A stretch of 61,736 nucleotides of DNA, filler included, from Sluysia triapertura (lineage: Eukaryota): NCBI GenBank assembly GCA_046118255.1. It is 5 parts of 5 records of this genome, joined end to end, with 100 filler letters (N's around TTAATTAATTAA, not from the genome) between each part and the next. Parts side by side here need not be neighbours in the genome. Positions count along the whole stretch, not along the records: positions 1 to 11,197 come from JBJNIA010187524.1; positions 11,298 to 22,552 come from JBJNIA010186736.1; 3 more parts are not named here. One strand, written 5' to 3'. Positions 1 through 13,197 of this stretch are shown piece by piece; position 1 is the first letter of the stretch; the number at the start of each line of letters is the position of its first letter. The translations under genes and the position numbers were made by a program. The notes beneath the pieces are model-generated. The model saw only the letters and a list, made by a program, of their open reading frames with translations, did not search any database and was not told the origin of the DNA.

Positions 1-134
1 AATATTATTAAATATACATAAAATTAGAAAAAGTCATAATATTATTACAAAATATTAAATGAAATTTAAAGAGAAAAACTTGCGAAAAATTGATACAACC
101 GGTCATTTTGACCGGTCGGTGGTTCTAGTGTTAA
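1..134. mobile_element. Right end of a piggyBac-like DNA element
   Basis: Subterminal palindrome ACCGGTCATTTTGACCGGT followed by ...GGTTCTAGTG|TTAA (131-134), a TTAA target site typical of piggyBac-type ends. The other end is outside the window. Confidence 0.5.
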
Positions 135-577
135 GTAGTAAGTGTAAGTTGTGGTAACCAAACACATCACTCAAAATTTTAAACACTTCATAACACGCCA
201 ACACAAACTACTACACAACCGCAGGACAACTAAATAACTCAAAATATTAAATATTAATAACTTAAAATCTTTTCAGCCAAAAATTCAAAGTTTATCAAAA
301 TGAAATTTCTATAAAAACAGTTTCAACTTATTTTAATTCTCTTTTATAACTTTTCTAATTCACTCTCATCTCTTTTTAATCTTTTAGTTATTTGCCTTCT
401 AACTATTTACATTTATCTAACACTCCTTTTCTTAATCTTACTTCCTTCCCTTTGTCTTCACCAATTTCAAGAAAAGCAGATAAATGAAATATCAGAAAGT
501 AAAATTTGTGAATCTTTTGTCTATGCAATATCGATGCGGTGTGAAGAATTTATCGGAACTATTTTATCATCAACTTC

Positions 578-1314
578 TTGTTTATGAAAGTGTCATTGTT
601 TGATTCCAGCAGAAATACTCTGTCACACTTATCTTGTGAAAACAATTATTTCAACATTTCAAAACACTTACTTGAATTAGGTGCTAATCCAAATTTTTAT
701 CTTCAAATTCATATTATATGCCTATATGATCACAATCGTCACCTAGACAGTAATAACCAATCAAATGATGTGTTAAGTTATCTCCTTGTCAAGTTACATT
801 TGGGATATTTTATAGGTTATCTTAGCAAAATTATCAGACAAAGACATAAGAATCGCGATTTAATGCTGCGCCAGTCACATTGGAATAGAAAATTAACTAA
901 AGCACCCAATGTTTCAGAATTAGGATTCAGATGTCTTTTTCGACGTGGACAAATTCATGACAGTAATCATCGTACAATGCAGAAAATGTTAAAATACATC
1001 GATCGACAAGATATCTTACCATATTTTGATACTATCCTTTATAATACGAATTTAACAAATGCAAGTGTTGCACAATTACGTGAATATTTAAGTGATACTG
1101 TTTGGATTTTGTCAGAACATGTGATAATAGTGATTTTAATCAGATTAAAGTTGAGGATTGTTTGACACGATCTTTACGAAAACGTTTATCAATTGGTGAA
1201 TGCAGTTCATGTTTAACTTATGTTAAGAAACCAAAAGAAACATATGTTGCACAGGCCAAAATGATCATCCTATTTATACTATCATTAATACATCTATACA
1301 CGTTTTTGAAGTAG
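578..1314 (+). pseudogene. Degenerate ankyrin-repeat protein fragment
   Basis: DSSRNTLSHLSCENNYFNISKHLLELGANPN fits one ankyrin repeat (consensus G-TPLH-A...IVK-LL--GA-PN). Flanking coding-like sequence is frameshifted (ORFs 578-1165 and 1102-1314). Confidence 0.55.
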
Positions 1315-1714
1315 AAATTAGAGTTGTTTTTTTTGCTGTGCTATGGAAGGCATTTTAAAACCATGAACGATTCAAGTAATTTCATCCAATGGTTTATGCC
1401 TGGCTATTTTTAAATTAGTTTTGTGCTTACATCTGATATTTACGATTCCATGCTCAAATATGGCAAGGTGATAAAAGATTATTTATGGCTTAATCTATTA
1501 CGTCGTATTTTAGTTATCTTTTATCTGTGTTCTTCAATAACTCATCTGTTGATAAATTAATTCTTTCAATTTATTGTACCTCTAATACGTTTGTATTTTA
1601 ATGATATTTTATTACTAAAGAAAGATAAGTGTTAAAGATAAGTTTTACATCAATAATAAACATTTTGTTAACAAAAAAATGTTGTACAAGTATTTAATAA
1701 ATAATTCCCCATTA

Positions 1715-3047
1715 AAATATTATAACAAGTTAACAGTACTATTTAATAAATAAAATATGAATAAACTATTACTTATTCATAGTTTCCAATTTCAGTACAC
1801 TTTTAATTACACTATATTGCATTTAGTTAAATAAATTTCGTTTCAAAAGTATAAGACACATTATTCAAATTTTTTATTTAAAAAACTATAGAACACCTTG
1901 TACAAAATTAATATTTTATTGATGTTTCTACACACCTTTTTGTCATCGAATTAATCAATATATTTACACTTTTTATTTTAGTCTTTTCCCAAGCATCTAA
2001 TATTGCATTTTTTAAACTCAGATATATTGTTATACTGTTTTCTTTGAATGTGTAATTTGAATAGATAATTAAGACCATAAATTTTCTATTGGATTGAGGT
2101 CAGGGGATCTTGCTGGCACTCTAATACTTTAAATCCATCTTATTAAGTGTAGTTTTAGTTCAATGACAAGAAGTGTTATCCTGCTGAAAGATGACATTTA
2201 TATTTTCTGAAAGTCTGACATACGGAACTAACATTAAGAGTTGATGGAACCATACGTAAAGCTAGCTTTTATCATACATTATGGCATCCCACATTTCTTT
2301 TAATCCTTTAGATGATGCCAGTAGTATTTATGACCATCGAAATTAAATTTCTTTTCATCTGTGAATATTATCAGTGTATTTATTAATATGATTTTCGGCA
2401 AAGTTAATTCTTGCTATTTTATGTGCATCAGTAAGTGGAGGTGTAGCAATCATTTTAATGAATTCGACCTCACAACTATTTTTTAATATTCTCCATACTG
2501 TTGTTTTACTGCACTTTAACTCCAAATCTGGCATTATGCAAGTTGTAGACAATGTTGTATTTTTCGCATACCTTATTAAATTCCTTTTCTGCCAATTAGA
2601 AAATGCCTTAGGGCGGCCAATTTGTTTCAATTGGTTTTTATAACTATTATCCAAATAATTGGATATCACATGTATTGATCTGTTTAACTTTTTTTGGCAA
2701 TACTTGCATTACTTTCCCATTTTTTGAGTTAAAAAATGCAATATGGGATGCTTACAAAAAGATTGAAATAAAAAGTGTAAATACATTGATTAATTCGATG
2801 AAAAACTCAGAAACATCCATAAAAGTACTAATTTTGTACAATACGTTGTACAGTCTCTTAAATAAAAAGTTTGATTATACTTTTGAAATAAAATTTATTT
2901 AACTAAATACAATATAGTAGTTAAAAGTGTACTAAAATTTGGAAACTATAATTAAGTAATAGTTTATTCATGTTTTATTTATTAAATAGTATTGTTAATT
3001 TGTTATAATATAAATTTTGGTGTCCTATATTTTTGAAACAGAGTGTA
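1715..3047 (-). mobile_element. Decayed Tc3/Tc1-family (DD34E) transposon with about 300-bp inverted repeats
   Basis: Minus strand gives, across frameshifts, IAKKLNRSIHVISNYL...GRPKAFS...PPLTDAHKIARINFA, then IFTDEKKFNFDG, FQQDNTSCH and PARSPDLNPIENLW. 1715-2022 is an inverted repeat of 2725-3015. The right terminus reads TA|CACTCTGTTTCAAAAATATAGGACAC on the minus strand; the left terminus is missing. Confidence 0.9.
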
Positions 3048-3789
3048 TATTTAAATAAATAATTAACCGTATCTAACGTTACAGAGTATTTTCACACTTA
3101 ACAGAAATAATGTTTTACACCATCATGATCATAAGTTTATTTTTCATCTAAATTTCAAAAATATGAATAATTAAATTAATAATTTTATTATAATGAATTT
3201 TATTATTATTTAAATTTTATCTTAATTAAAAAAATTATATTTCATATTACAATATTTATTTAAAGTTGAAGTTTAGTTTTAGTTCTGTCATCACATCATT
3301 AAAAATTTAAAATATTTTTATTGGTTATTTATAAATGTTTACATTCTAAAATTCGAATTACTTTTTGAATATAACAAAATGAAAATGAAATAACTATTTA
3401 TACAATATACATTGATAATATAAATAAATTTATTATTTATAATTTAATTATATATTATTATAATTTATTTGTGTTTCAAAAATATAGAGAAAACACCAAA
3501 TAACTTAAAGAAAAGTTGATTTATAGAATATATTAACGCTATATTAAGTAACAATATTACTTATTACGTGTAAATTATTTTAGTTGAAATTTTAAATTTT
3601 ATTAAATAAATGAAATTAATTTTTATATTTATTAAATTAATAAATCAAAATTTTACAAATTTTATAATTTTAAAAATTGATAAATAAAGTTTTTTTGTAC
3701 TTTAAAATGAAAAAGCATTGAAAAATAAAACAAAATAAAATAAAATTTTGATGTAGTTGGTTATACACCTAGTGTTGCTGCACGTATCT

Positions 3790-4130
3790 CGTCTTGGATT
3801 CGGTTTAATACAAATTTTAGATACAATATCCTAAAAATTCGACTTGTTCTTTAGCCAGACACATTTTCTGAGCTTTACTTCTAATCTTTTTAAAATATTA
3901 TCATTGTCTTTTACATGAGTTTCGAAATCCTTAGAGAACCACTTGACATATTTTAATAGGTATTCTACCTTCATGAATATTACAAATTGAATCAGACATT
4001 CTATGTCCATACTTTCTTGATAGCTTTCTGAAGCTGGGAACATTATTCTACCCGTTCGTAAACTGTTTGTTTTTTATCTGTGAAAAAATCGTGGTTGTTT
4101 CTTGGCCCTCCATGCAGTCCAATTCTTCAA
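3790..4130 (-). mobile_element. Ty3/Gypsy reverse transcriptase relic
   Basis: FSKDFETHVKDNDNILKRLEVKLRKCVW, then after a frameshift AKEQVEFLGYCI...IKPNP. This is the typical gypsy RT C-terminal KC-F---V-FLG motif; YxDD is destroyed. Confidence 0.75.
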
Positions 4131-4464
4131 AATAATTTTAATGTGAAAATAAAATAATATAATTTCAATTTGTTATAATATAATTGTTCTAGATTTACTT
4201 GAAATAAACTAACACTTAAAATTCAATTTTAAATAACTTATGTTTCACCTATTTAAAAGAAATTGTAAAAGTGGCAAATAAAAATTGTTTTACTCTTTAC
4301 TGAGAAATAACATTAAATAAAATAATTTTATAATAAATTTTGTGATATTATTTAAACAATAATAAAATGGTTTTCTGAATAAATTAGATTAATTAAGTTG
4401 AAAAATTTTATTTTTCAGTTGATTTTTTTGCGTATCTAATTCGACATTTTTATAAATTGTACAA

Positions 4465-5165
4465 TAATTATAATAATAATGATGATAATAATAATAGATT
4501 AATTTATATTTCGCTCATATTTACTGCAAAATAAGTACTCAAAAACGCTTAAAATAAATCATTCACTATAATATTTTTGAAACAGAAAGAACTTTGCCTT
4601 TTTCTTAAATATTTCATAATCTTACAACAATTTGACATTCTCTGGTAACTGGTTGTATATTTTTGAAACATATTATCACTTTAGATTCTGTATGGATTAT
4701 TATGTATAGATTATTATATTCATCTTTGGTTTCCAAATTTTTTTTATTATTTCTAAGAGATATTCAGGATTTCCGTAATACAGACATTTGTAAATTATGG
4801 TCATGAATTTGAATTCTATTCTTGCTTTTATTGGCAACCAATGTAATTCTTTAAAATAAGGTGTTTTTATAATCTTCCAGCAATTTGGCATTCTCTGGTA
4901 ACTGGTTGTATATTTTTGAGACATAAACAGTATACAATCTATCACAGTGAATTCTGTCTAGATTATCATGCCTCAATGAAATATTCATCTTGGTTTGCAA
5001 TTTTCGTATTATTTCTAAAAGATATTCAGGACTTCCGTAATGTAAGCATTTATAAATTATTGTCATGATTTTGAATTCTATTCTTGCTTTTATTGACAAC
5101 CTATGTAATTCTTTAAGATAAGGTGTTACATAGAAAATTAGTCTTGCTGCTTGATTAATTATTAA
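4465..5165 (-). mobile_element. L2/Crack/CR1-group LINE 3' end, with the ORF2 C-terminus tandemly duplicated
   Basis: Two tandem copies of ARIEFKxMTIIYKCLxYGxPEYL, one preceded by intact KELHWLPIK. They are followed by a 3' UTR (...AAGCGTTTTTGAG...GAGCGAAATATAAATT) and an (ATT)n tail. Confidence 0.85.
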
Positions 5166-6680
5166 TTGTAATTTTTTCGAATATTTGATAGTTTATTTAG
5201 TTTATATTCTATATTTATTCTATATTTAATTTATATTCTATATTTATTCTATATTTATATTCTATATTTAATTTATATTCACGCTTTTTAATATTTTCTT
5301 CCATGTTCATGTTTAAATCCATATTTATACATAAATTAAGTGCATTTTTGAGGTATTTCTTTTAAATCTTTAATCTTTTTTTGCTTTAATTAAATTCATT
5401 TTAAATTAAGTTTCATTTTAAACTTATCAAAATACAATAAAAATACAATCTTTGTTATTTTTACAATCAAATTAAAAACAATGTACTTACTTTTGTACTG
5501 CTTAATTGTTTTTAAAATATTTGTTGTGGTCATTTGTCTTCCAGTATTAATTGACTGCTGCAAAAGTATCTGAGTTTTGTTATCGGTAACTAAATAAAAT
5601 TCCAATAAATGGATTTATTCACTTTACTTAATTTAAAATTGTCAGTTTCAACACAAGTGCAACTATAAAATATTATATTACAATTGTTGTTTTCTATTTC
5701 ATCATGGTTGTATGAATTGTTTGCAGAATTAATTTCCAAATGAATTACATTGTTGCTTTTTAAATTTAAGTATTGTTTACTAAAGTGCATTTATCTCTGT
5801 CTAATGTAGTAATGGAAACAACAAATAGAAAATAATTTATCTATCTTATTTTATATAAAATAAAAATGAATTAGTATAATAAGAACACAATATTAATTAT
5901 AAAATCTGGTTGGTTGTTGAGACATCATTTTCATTTATTATTAATAAATTTATTATAAATAAATAAAGATTTATTGTTAATATTCCATGGAAACTTATTT
6001 TATTCAATATTAACGTAATATTTTTATAATTATTAAAACTTACTACTTTCCGATATTATTTTCCACTAACTATTTCGATAAAATCAACATAAAATGGTTC
6101 CTTTGTTAATTAACCAATAATATTTGATTAATTAATGAGTAATGATGACTTTAATCAATTGTTTTTAATTGGTTCTTATAATTGTACATTTTTAGTATCA
6201 ACAGTGTAATAAATCATACTTTTTTTAACTAAATTCGTAAATTAAACTAAAAACAAAACAAATCAATTCACTGCAATCAACTTAAAATGTCGATAAATTG
6301 GAACAAAAAAATTCAATAATTTTATAAATTAGTATTTATGAAATATGTGATAATAAAAGTGTGAATAATATTTGAGATTAAAAATAAAGAAATTTTATCT
6401 AGATGTAGATTTGATATAATAAATAATACAAATAAAAATAATAAGATTTTATTTAAAAAATTATTATTATTAATATAAGTTTATCATTTGTAAAATTTCG
6501 AAAAGGTTTATTTAAACAATTTTATCTTCGTTCATCAATTCATAGCAATTTAAAATTGGTAATTAATTTTGTAGAATTTTTCAAACTTTATTCGACGCTA
6601 TTTCTGTAGATATAGCTGGAGTTTTTGAAATTAGTACAAGCAAATATAATTACCAATTTAGTAATTAATATAAACATCTG

Positions 6681-7215
6681 CAGTGGTGATCAAATTATTA
6701 GACTAAAGACGACCATTTTGTGATAAAATTCAACATTTTTCAAGGATACTATGAAACTATTAATCAAACGTGTATAAAAACATTGTCACGGAAAATGTAA
6801 AATTCTGCTGAAAATTAAAATATAGATAATAATAGATAAAAATAATAGATCCAAAACATACAGAAATTTTATTCATATAGAATGTGATAACACAATTTAA
6901 TACAAATCACATATGTACAAACTGTTGTATCAGTACTCTGTTATCCAATAATTTTCTGATCCTTAAAGGCATGCCATAGATGATCTTGGGGCACAAGTCT
7001 TTGATCTCGTCATCATGATGCCACACTTTTATCTGGGATTCAATAAGTTCCGACCTTGTGGTTGGTTTATGGGTAGAAAGTCTCCTTTTGACAATCTCCA
7101 CAGATTTTCTATGTGATTCATGTCTGGAGAGTTTCCAGGCCAGGGTAGCAAATATTAAGAAAACCAAAGAAAAACATATTTTTCCTGTTGTAGTCTAATA
7201 ATTTGGCCACCACTT
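6681..7215 (-). mobile_element. Non-autonomous Tc1-family element (internal deletion derivative)
   Basis: TIRs CAGTGGTGATCAAATTATTAGACTA and TAGTCTAATAATTTGGCCACCACT. The minus strand retains the transposase C-terminus LPWPGNSPDMNHIENLW...IVKRRL...GMPLRI. Confidence 0.88.
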
Positions 7216-8060
7216 ATTAACACTGTTTTTTTAAAAAATGCCAAAAGTCATTTCTTTTCTTTTCACAATTATAGAGGTATAAAAAATTCAAGCAGCAACA
7301 ATTTTTATGTAAACTATCTTTAAAATTTAATTAAACTCTTTAGTTGATGTATTATAACAACATCTAAGACTGTTTAATATTATAAAAACATTGAAAAATA
7401 TCATTTATTTAGTAGAGGAGTTTGTTTTAATAGGAATCAAATCAAATCGATAATTCAAACAAACTGAATAAACAAAGACAAATAATCAAAATAATATATA
7501 TTGTATTATTAAGATAATGACATTATGTATTGTTATAGTTTTATCTGTATTTTTTTTAAATATTGCATCCTGCTACAACCTTTTTGTCCGTAGTATATAT
7601 ATTGCAAAGTTTATCAAATTTCAAATTGTCAAATTTCTATCAATTCAGAATCAAATAAAATTTAATATCTTTTCCAAATTGAAAATTAATCAAAATTCGA
7701 TGCCAATTCGACGTTAAACCAATATTTTTATTTTTAGATTATTTTATAATTGTATAAGATAAATGGTGCCACAGCGTATCGATAAATGAAATTCCAAGTT
7801 AAAAATATTAAAGTATGACCAATTAATTTTTTATTTAATTAATATTATTTTTATGATTGTTAATAATAATAATGATAATAATAACAATAATGATGATAAT
7901 AATAATAACAGTAATAATGATAATGATAAACATTCAAAGTCTGTGTAACATATTAAATCTGCATAACATTTATATAATATGGAATCAGTTTTTAGTTTAA
8001 GTTTTTACGCATTTTCTTTTTCTGTTAATATTTACCTACTAACAATGCGGAAGTATTTGC

Positions 8061-8560
8061 TGTGGTTTGTTATAGCAAAAATTAGAAAAATCGAGCAGGG
8101 TTCGGTTACAGTAAGTGTCTTACAACGTCTCGTTGGCACTACTGCAACTAATAAGTTAAACGATTTATTTTAACTAAAACTTTAACTTACGAGGGTCAAT
8201 TAAATATTTGACGAATTCACAAAAATTACACAAATTGTATTCTTCAAAAATAAAATAAAATTACAAAATAGATCAAATAGTTATAGAACTAGTAAAAAGA
8301 TAGACAATAGTTAACAAAATTTTATTATTAAAACTGATTTTAGTCTTTAATAATTACAAATGATAAGTTTACGTTGATTTTACCCCTCAATATATCGGGG
8401 AACCTTACGAATTAGATTGCTTAAAAAATATAATTTTCGTCGATTTTAAAATATTAATTCTCTTAATTAGAATTAATATTAAACTTAACAAAAACAAATT
8501 ACTTTTCTCATGGAATGGTGAACGTGATTTTCGAATTCCTTGCTGCTGTAGTAGAATTAA
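8061..8560 (-). repeat. Solo-LTR-like dispersed repeat, copy 1
   Basis: Begins TGTGG. Shares TTACAGTAA..GTCTTACAACGT.TCGTTGGC...AACTAATAAGTTAA with the 48566 copy, and CCCTCAATAT with the 31.2 kb and 48.9 kb copies. Inner boundary approximate. Confidence 0.5.
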
Positions 8561-10199
8561 ATTTTCCAAAGGATATTGAATGATCCAACTAAGATTTAAT
8601 CACTTAACCACGATAAAAATCCAAGTAAAATTAATTGAATAATTTTAATCAAATATAATAATATAATTTGATCGAATATAATAATGATAATGACTTCTAA
8701 ACCTTTTGTACATTCTTCTGTACAATTTATGATATTATAAATTAATAAACTTGATAAGATGCAAGGAACTTTTTGCGATGAAAATAACAATGAATCATAG
8801 TCTTGAATTAAACTTAAACAGTAACAATTATTCTATTTATAGGTATTACTAATGTGAATAAAATCCTTATGATTACGAATAAAACAAACTTAGTCCTATT
8901 TGACAAAACCTTTTACTTTCATTCAATAATTATACTCTTATTCCATCAATTTTCTTTTAAACAAAGCTTTAAAGACCATTATCAAAAAGTTTCGTAAAGG
9001 ACACTTTGATCTATATAGTAGTTTAATTAATATTATATATCTAAAATAAAGTTCTTTCTACATTCGATTATTGTGATAAATGATTTATTCTAAACCCTTT
9101 GAAATATTTTATATTAAATATTTAAGTGTGTCGAATCAAAATCTGAACGAAATATTGTGTGATTTCTATTAGTAAAATTATAAATTAAGTTATCAAAAAA
9201 CATTAATTTTGTAATATTTATAGTGATTTATATATTATCAAAAAATATTTAAGCATCGATTTAGCCGTTTTGATCCCAATCACCGCGGCTTAATGACCCT
9301 ATACATTGAATTTATTAATGCCTTTCTTTAATTTAGTCACCTTCTTTACAAAGTATCGATAATAATAGAGTTAGTTCATGTAGAGTTTATTTATTGAATT
9401 ATTTTGCAACATATTTTGCAATTAAACAGTTATAATCCAAATTTACTCACTTGCAGTGTTTAATTTTTGACCTGATATTTAAATTTATAAAAATTTATTA
9501 CCTTCCGCGAAAAATGATTCTGAGATATCAATACTATTATTATATTTATTCCAGCATATAAGTCGTTATTACGTTACATATTTGAAATTAGAAATTTCGC
9601 AAGAAAAACATCTCTTTGTTTAAATATATGAATAGGTAATCCATATATTTTTAAAAAAAATATATTTTAATTACTTATAAAAGTAAGTGGAAAATTAAAA
9701 TTTAAAAAAAATAAACGTAGTTAAAAATAATTTTTTACCGCGAAGATAGCTGTACATAAAATCAATACATTCAGAAGTCAATTTGTTATTATATAATAAT
9801 TTGACGTCATATTGAAAAAATTTAATACACAATTGGATTATTTATATTTTATAATTTACTTAGTGAGTTTAGAATTATTATAAGTTGGTTCAATCGCAGA
9901 ACCTTAAAATCCACTCAAATCATTATTTAATTCATTACTTGCCCAATTTACTGAAAGTTAAAATCTGAATTTAGTTCGATTAAATATTAAAGAGTTTTAA
10001 TCTTAAAATAATATTTGTTATTGTTTCTTCTTTATTTAGTTCTTATATTTATTTAGCACATTTTAGATATTGTGATTTTGTTGACAGAAAGAAATTTTAA
10101 GAGAAAAGTATATTAAATTTTGACAGAGTTTTGTTATGATTGTTGTCAGAATAAACGAAGTTCGAATAATTCCTAGAGCAGAAGAAAAACAATAATAAA

Positions 10200-10350
10200 G
10201 AAAATAATCTACTTACGATGGTTAAATTACACGTTAAAGTTGCTCACTTACAATGTTACAGCAACGCTCACTATACGTTGTAAGTCATATACTCTAACGT
10301 GATCTTGTTAAAATTTATTTTGCCGTGGATTAAGAATAAGAAAAACCGCA
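10200..10350 (+). repeat. Solo-LTR-like repeat, inverted diverged copy
   Basis: The reverse complement starts TGCGG and contains CTTACAACGTATAGTGAGCGTTGCTGTAAC, matching the 8061 and 48566 copies. Confidence 0.45.
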
Positions 10351-10880
10351 GCAATTCAATTTTTTCTTTCTTAACATTAGTTTAGAAATGTTAATTATAA
10401 TTTAATATTTGAAAACAAAATTAAAATAAAAACATAAATATCTTCATTAATTTCACTTATGATTATGTTTTCTTTTACTATAATTTTACAAAATAATAAA
10501 TTATTAATAATAATAATTTATGACATACTAAAATGAAAATTCAATATTTTTGATTAATTATTATTAAAAACTTGTTTAAATATTTCAGATTTTTTTCAAA
10601 TAACTTGTAATTAAGTATGAATCTAATGATTTTCTTTATTCTGCTTTTACTGATTCACTTTCTAGACTTATGCGTATTACAATTTATTTTTATATTATAA
10701 TTTATATTTTTCTATCTATTTAAAACAAGATATTCCTCAAATTTTATTTAAATTTTTTTTGAAATAATATTCAAGTGAAAATATTTCTGCACGCAAACTT
10801 TTTCTTAAATATTATCTTTGAAAATAGTAACTGTGTGTAACAAATTATTCAGTTATAATAAGGTAAGTATAGGTAACATA

Positions 10881-10970
10881 CAGTTTATGTTTCAAAAATA
10901 TACAACCAGTGAAGATTATGAAATATTTCAGCAGTTTTGTAATGGATAATAATAATAATTTTTATTATTA
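10881..10970 (+). mobile_element. Internally deleted fragment of the L2-type LINE tail
   Basis: GTTTATGTTTCAAAAATATACAACCAG and GAAGATTATGAAATATTT match the copies at 4.6-4.9 kb and 60.6 kb. Confidence 0.7.
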
Positions 10971-11197
10971 AGTAAATACATAACTATTATTAAAATAATA
11001 AAATTAATATTAAGATAATAATAATTTAATAAAATATTACTTATTTTAGTAATATTAAAAAAATTAAAATGAAACATTCTTACAGATTATCTAATCTGAA
11101 AAACTTGGAAATATGGTTTTAAATGCATTTTATTTATTAAAAAATATTTTGAAATTCTTTTGTCCAGAAATAATTCATTAAATCATTGGTTCAATAT

Positions 11198-11297
11198 NNN
11201 NNNNNNNNNNNNNNNNNNNNNNNNNNNNNNNNNNNNNNNNNTTAATTAATTAANNNNNNNNNNNNNNNNNNNNNNNNNNNNNNNNNNNNNNNNNNNN
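11198..11297. other. Artificial contig linker N44-TTAATTAATTAA-N44
   Basis: Exactly 100 nt with a six-frame-stop palindrome at the centre; recurs four times. Confidence 0.97.
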
Positions 11298-11761
11298 AGT
11301 TGTTTCTTACGCTGTGTCATTGTAAATATATTTTGACACTTCGAAGTCCTAATGAAAGTATGGATGGTTTTATTCGATATAATTGGATACCATTATAAAA
11401 TTTGAAATTTCAACTTGTAAAGAAATATCAACTTGATTCATAATCTTCTGATAATAAATCGTACATTTTACCGGATAAATTGATGAATTGATAGTTCTAA
11501 AAATTGCGAGATATAATGTGTGAATTTTAATTTGTTTTAATATTATAAATTATTATATAAGAGATTATGAATATTGAAGAAATTGTCAAACTTGCTCTGA
11601 TTGTTAAAGATTACACCTATTTAAATGACTTTTATATTTTATAAATTTTATATTTTAAAAATTATGTAAAATTTTTTACTTTTATATTTTCAAAACTCTA
11701 TATGTCTAAAAATTTAAAAATTCCCATTTTTTTGATGATACTCGATTTTTGAATACCAAGG

Positions 11762-12045
11762 ACTTCCTTTTTAAAGTGTTCATAATTAGTGATGCAAAAG
11801 TCGTAAGGATATCCACGACATAATTCAAATTCATTATAACGTAACAATAAGTGTCAATTCAGCATTGAAAGAAATTTTTTCGCACGATCATAGAAAATTT
11901 AAAATGCAATTACGTAATATCGCCGGACAAGAACGATATTCATTAATGGCAAGAATGTATTATGAAGAAGCTAGTGGTTGCATACTAATGCTTGATTTAG
12001 CAGAAAAAAAATCATTTCATAATATTACGAAATGGAAAGAAGACA
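11762..12045 (+). pseudogene. Rab29(Rab7L1)/Rab32/38-like small GTPase pseudogene
   Basis: DFLFKVFIISDAKVVRIS (decayed P-loop; Rab29 has DHLFKVLVVGDAAVGKTS), then MQLRNIAGQERYSLMARMYYEEASGCILMLDL...KWKED. The IAGQE motif is diagnostic of Rab29/32/38. G4/G5 motifs are absent and no introns are evident. Confidence 0.8.
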
Positions 12046-13197
12046 GTGCACTCTTAATTAGCGAAAAGGACGATGATACGTATGGAATAGCTAAGCAAAT
12101 TTTAAAGATCGTCTTAATCGAGGATCCTGTGAACCATATTTGGGGAGCAACTTTAAATGTAACCAGTTGTACTGTGACAGTCAAGAAAACCTTAGATTCA
12201 AATTTTAAAGATCAAGTGTGAAACTCTATTTATGATGAATTAGATGTTACGTTGAAATTATTATATTTTGATGTTATTATCAATTTTTTTATTAAGTTAA
12301 AAATAGTTCAACAATTAGTACTGAACAATGATACCCCTATTCCAAAAAGATGTTTACGTTATTTAAATTTTGAAGTTAATCGAATGTATAAGCCTATTCA
12401 TTTTAGTTATGTGGACAACTTATCCATCAACAAGCGACTTAGACAGGGATATCGTTTGCTCAGTACTAAGAACAAGTTCGTAACTTTAAAAACTAGTGAT
12501 TTGAAATTTCGTTCAATTTTTTGTTTTTCGATTTTTATTTTGGACTCGATATATGATTGCCATCGAGGTATGCTTGTTTTTATCGTGCTTGGGCCTGATG
12601 AGATGACTTTTCTTAGTAAAAATGTTGGAAAGAGTGGAAGCTTAGGAGCGATATCTTACAGTCTCATGGTTGATAGTGAATGTAAGTTTTATACTATTAG
12701 ACTTATTCAATGTTTTAATGTGTCAACAATCATTGTCAATCTTGTTTTATGTGCCTATAATATAAACTTGTCATGTTATCCTTGTTCAAATGTTGTTCTT
12801 TATAATGAGATTTTCGAGTGCCTTAAGCACCGGTTTTGTTGTAATTTCAAATATTATGTAGATAAAAACCGTTGTAACAGTATGTATGACAAGAATAGCA
12901 ACGGTAACCTTAAACATTTAAATTATAAGATTAAGATCACAATAATATTAAATTAGTATTAGCTATTCTAAGCAAGGAAGATAGTTTATATAAGACTAAA
13001 GCAAGTAAATTATTAAGGAAAATATGACAAAAAGAAAGAAAAGATAATCCTAAAGAATTAATGAAAATAAGTATAATTATTAATAATGCCCTAAATATTA
13101 CCATAGAACTTCCAGTAACTTTAATTGCAAAAGATATTACAGAATTATTACAAAATTATTACTTAATGATTATATAAATGATTATGGTTATCTGTCG

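Noticed and set aside
11242-11253. TTAATTAATTAA palindrome as a biological element
   Set aside because: It is always centred in exactly 100 nt of Ns; an assembly spacer.
578-12045. Functional link between the ankyrin relic and the Rab29-like relic (LRRK-Rab29 module)
   Set aside because: They are separated by an artificial linker, and no LRR, Roc or kinase motif is visible.
12252-12956. 234-aa ORF as a real gene
   Set aside because: Non-ATG start and no recognisable motif; the composition suggests a shadow of decayed minus-strand coding DNA.
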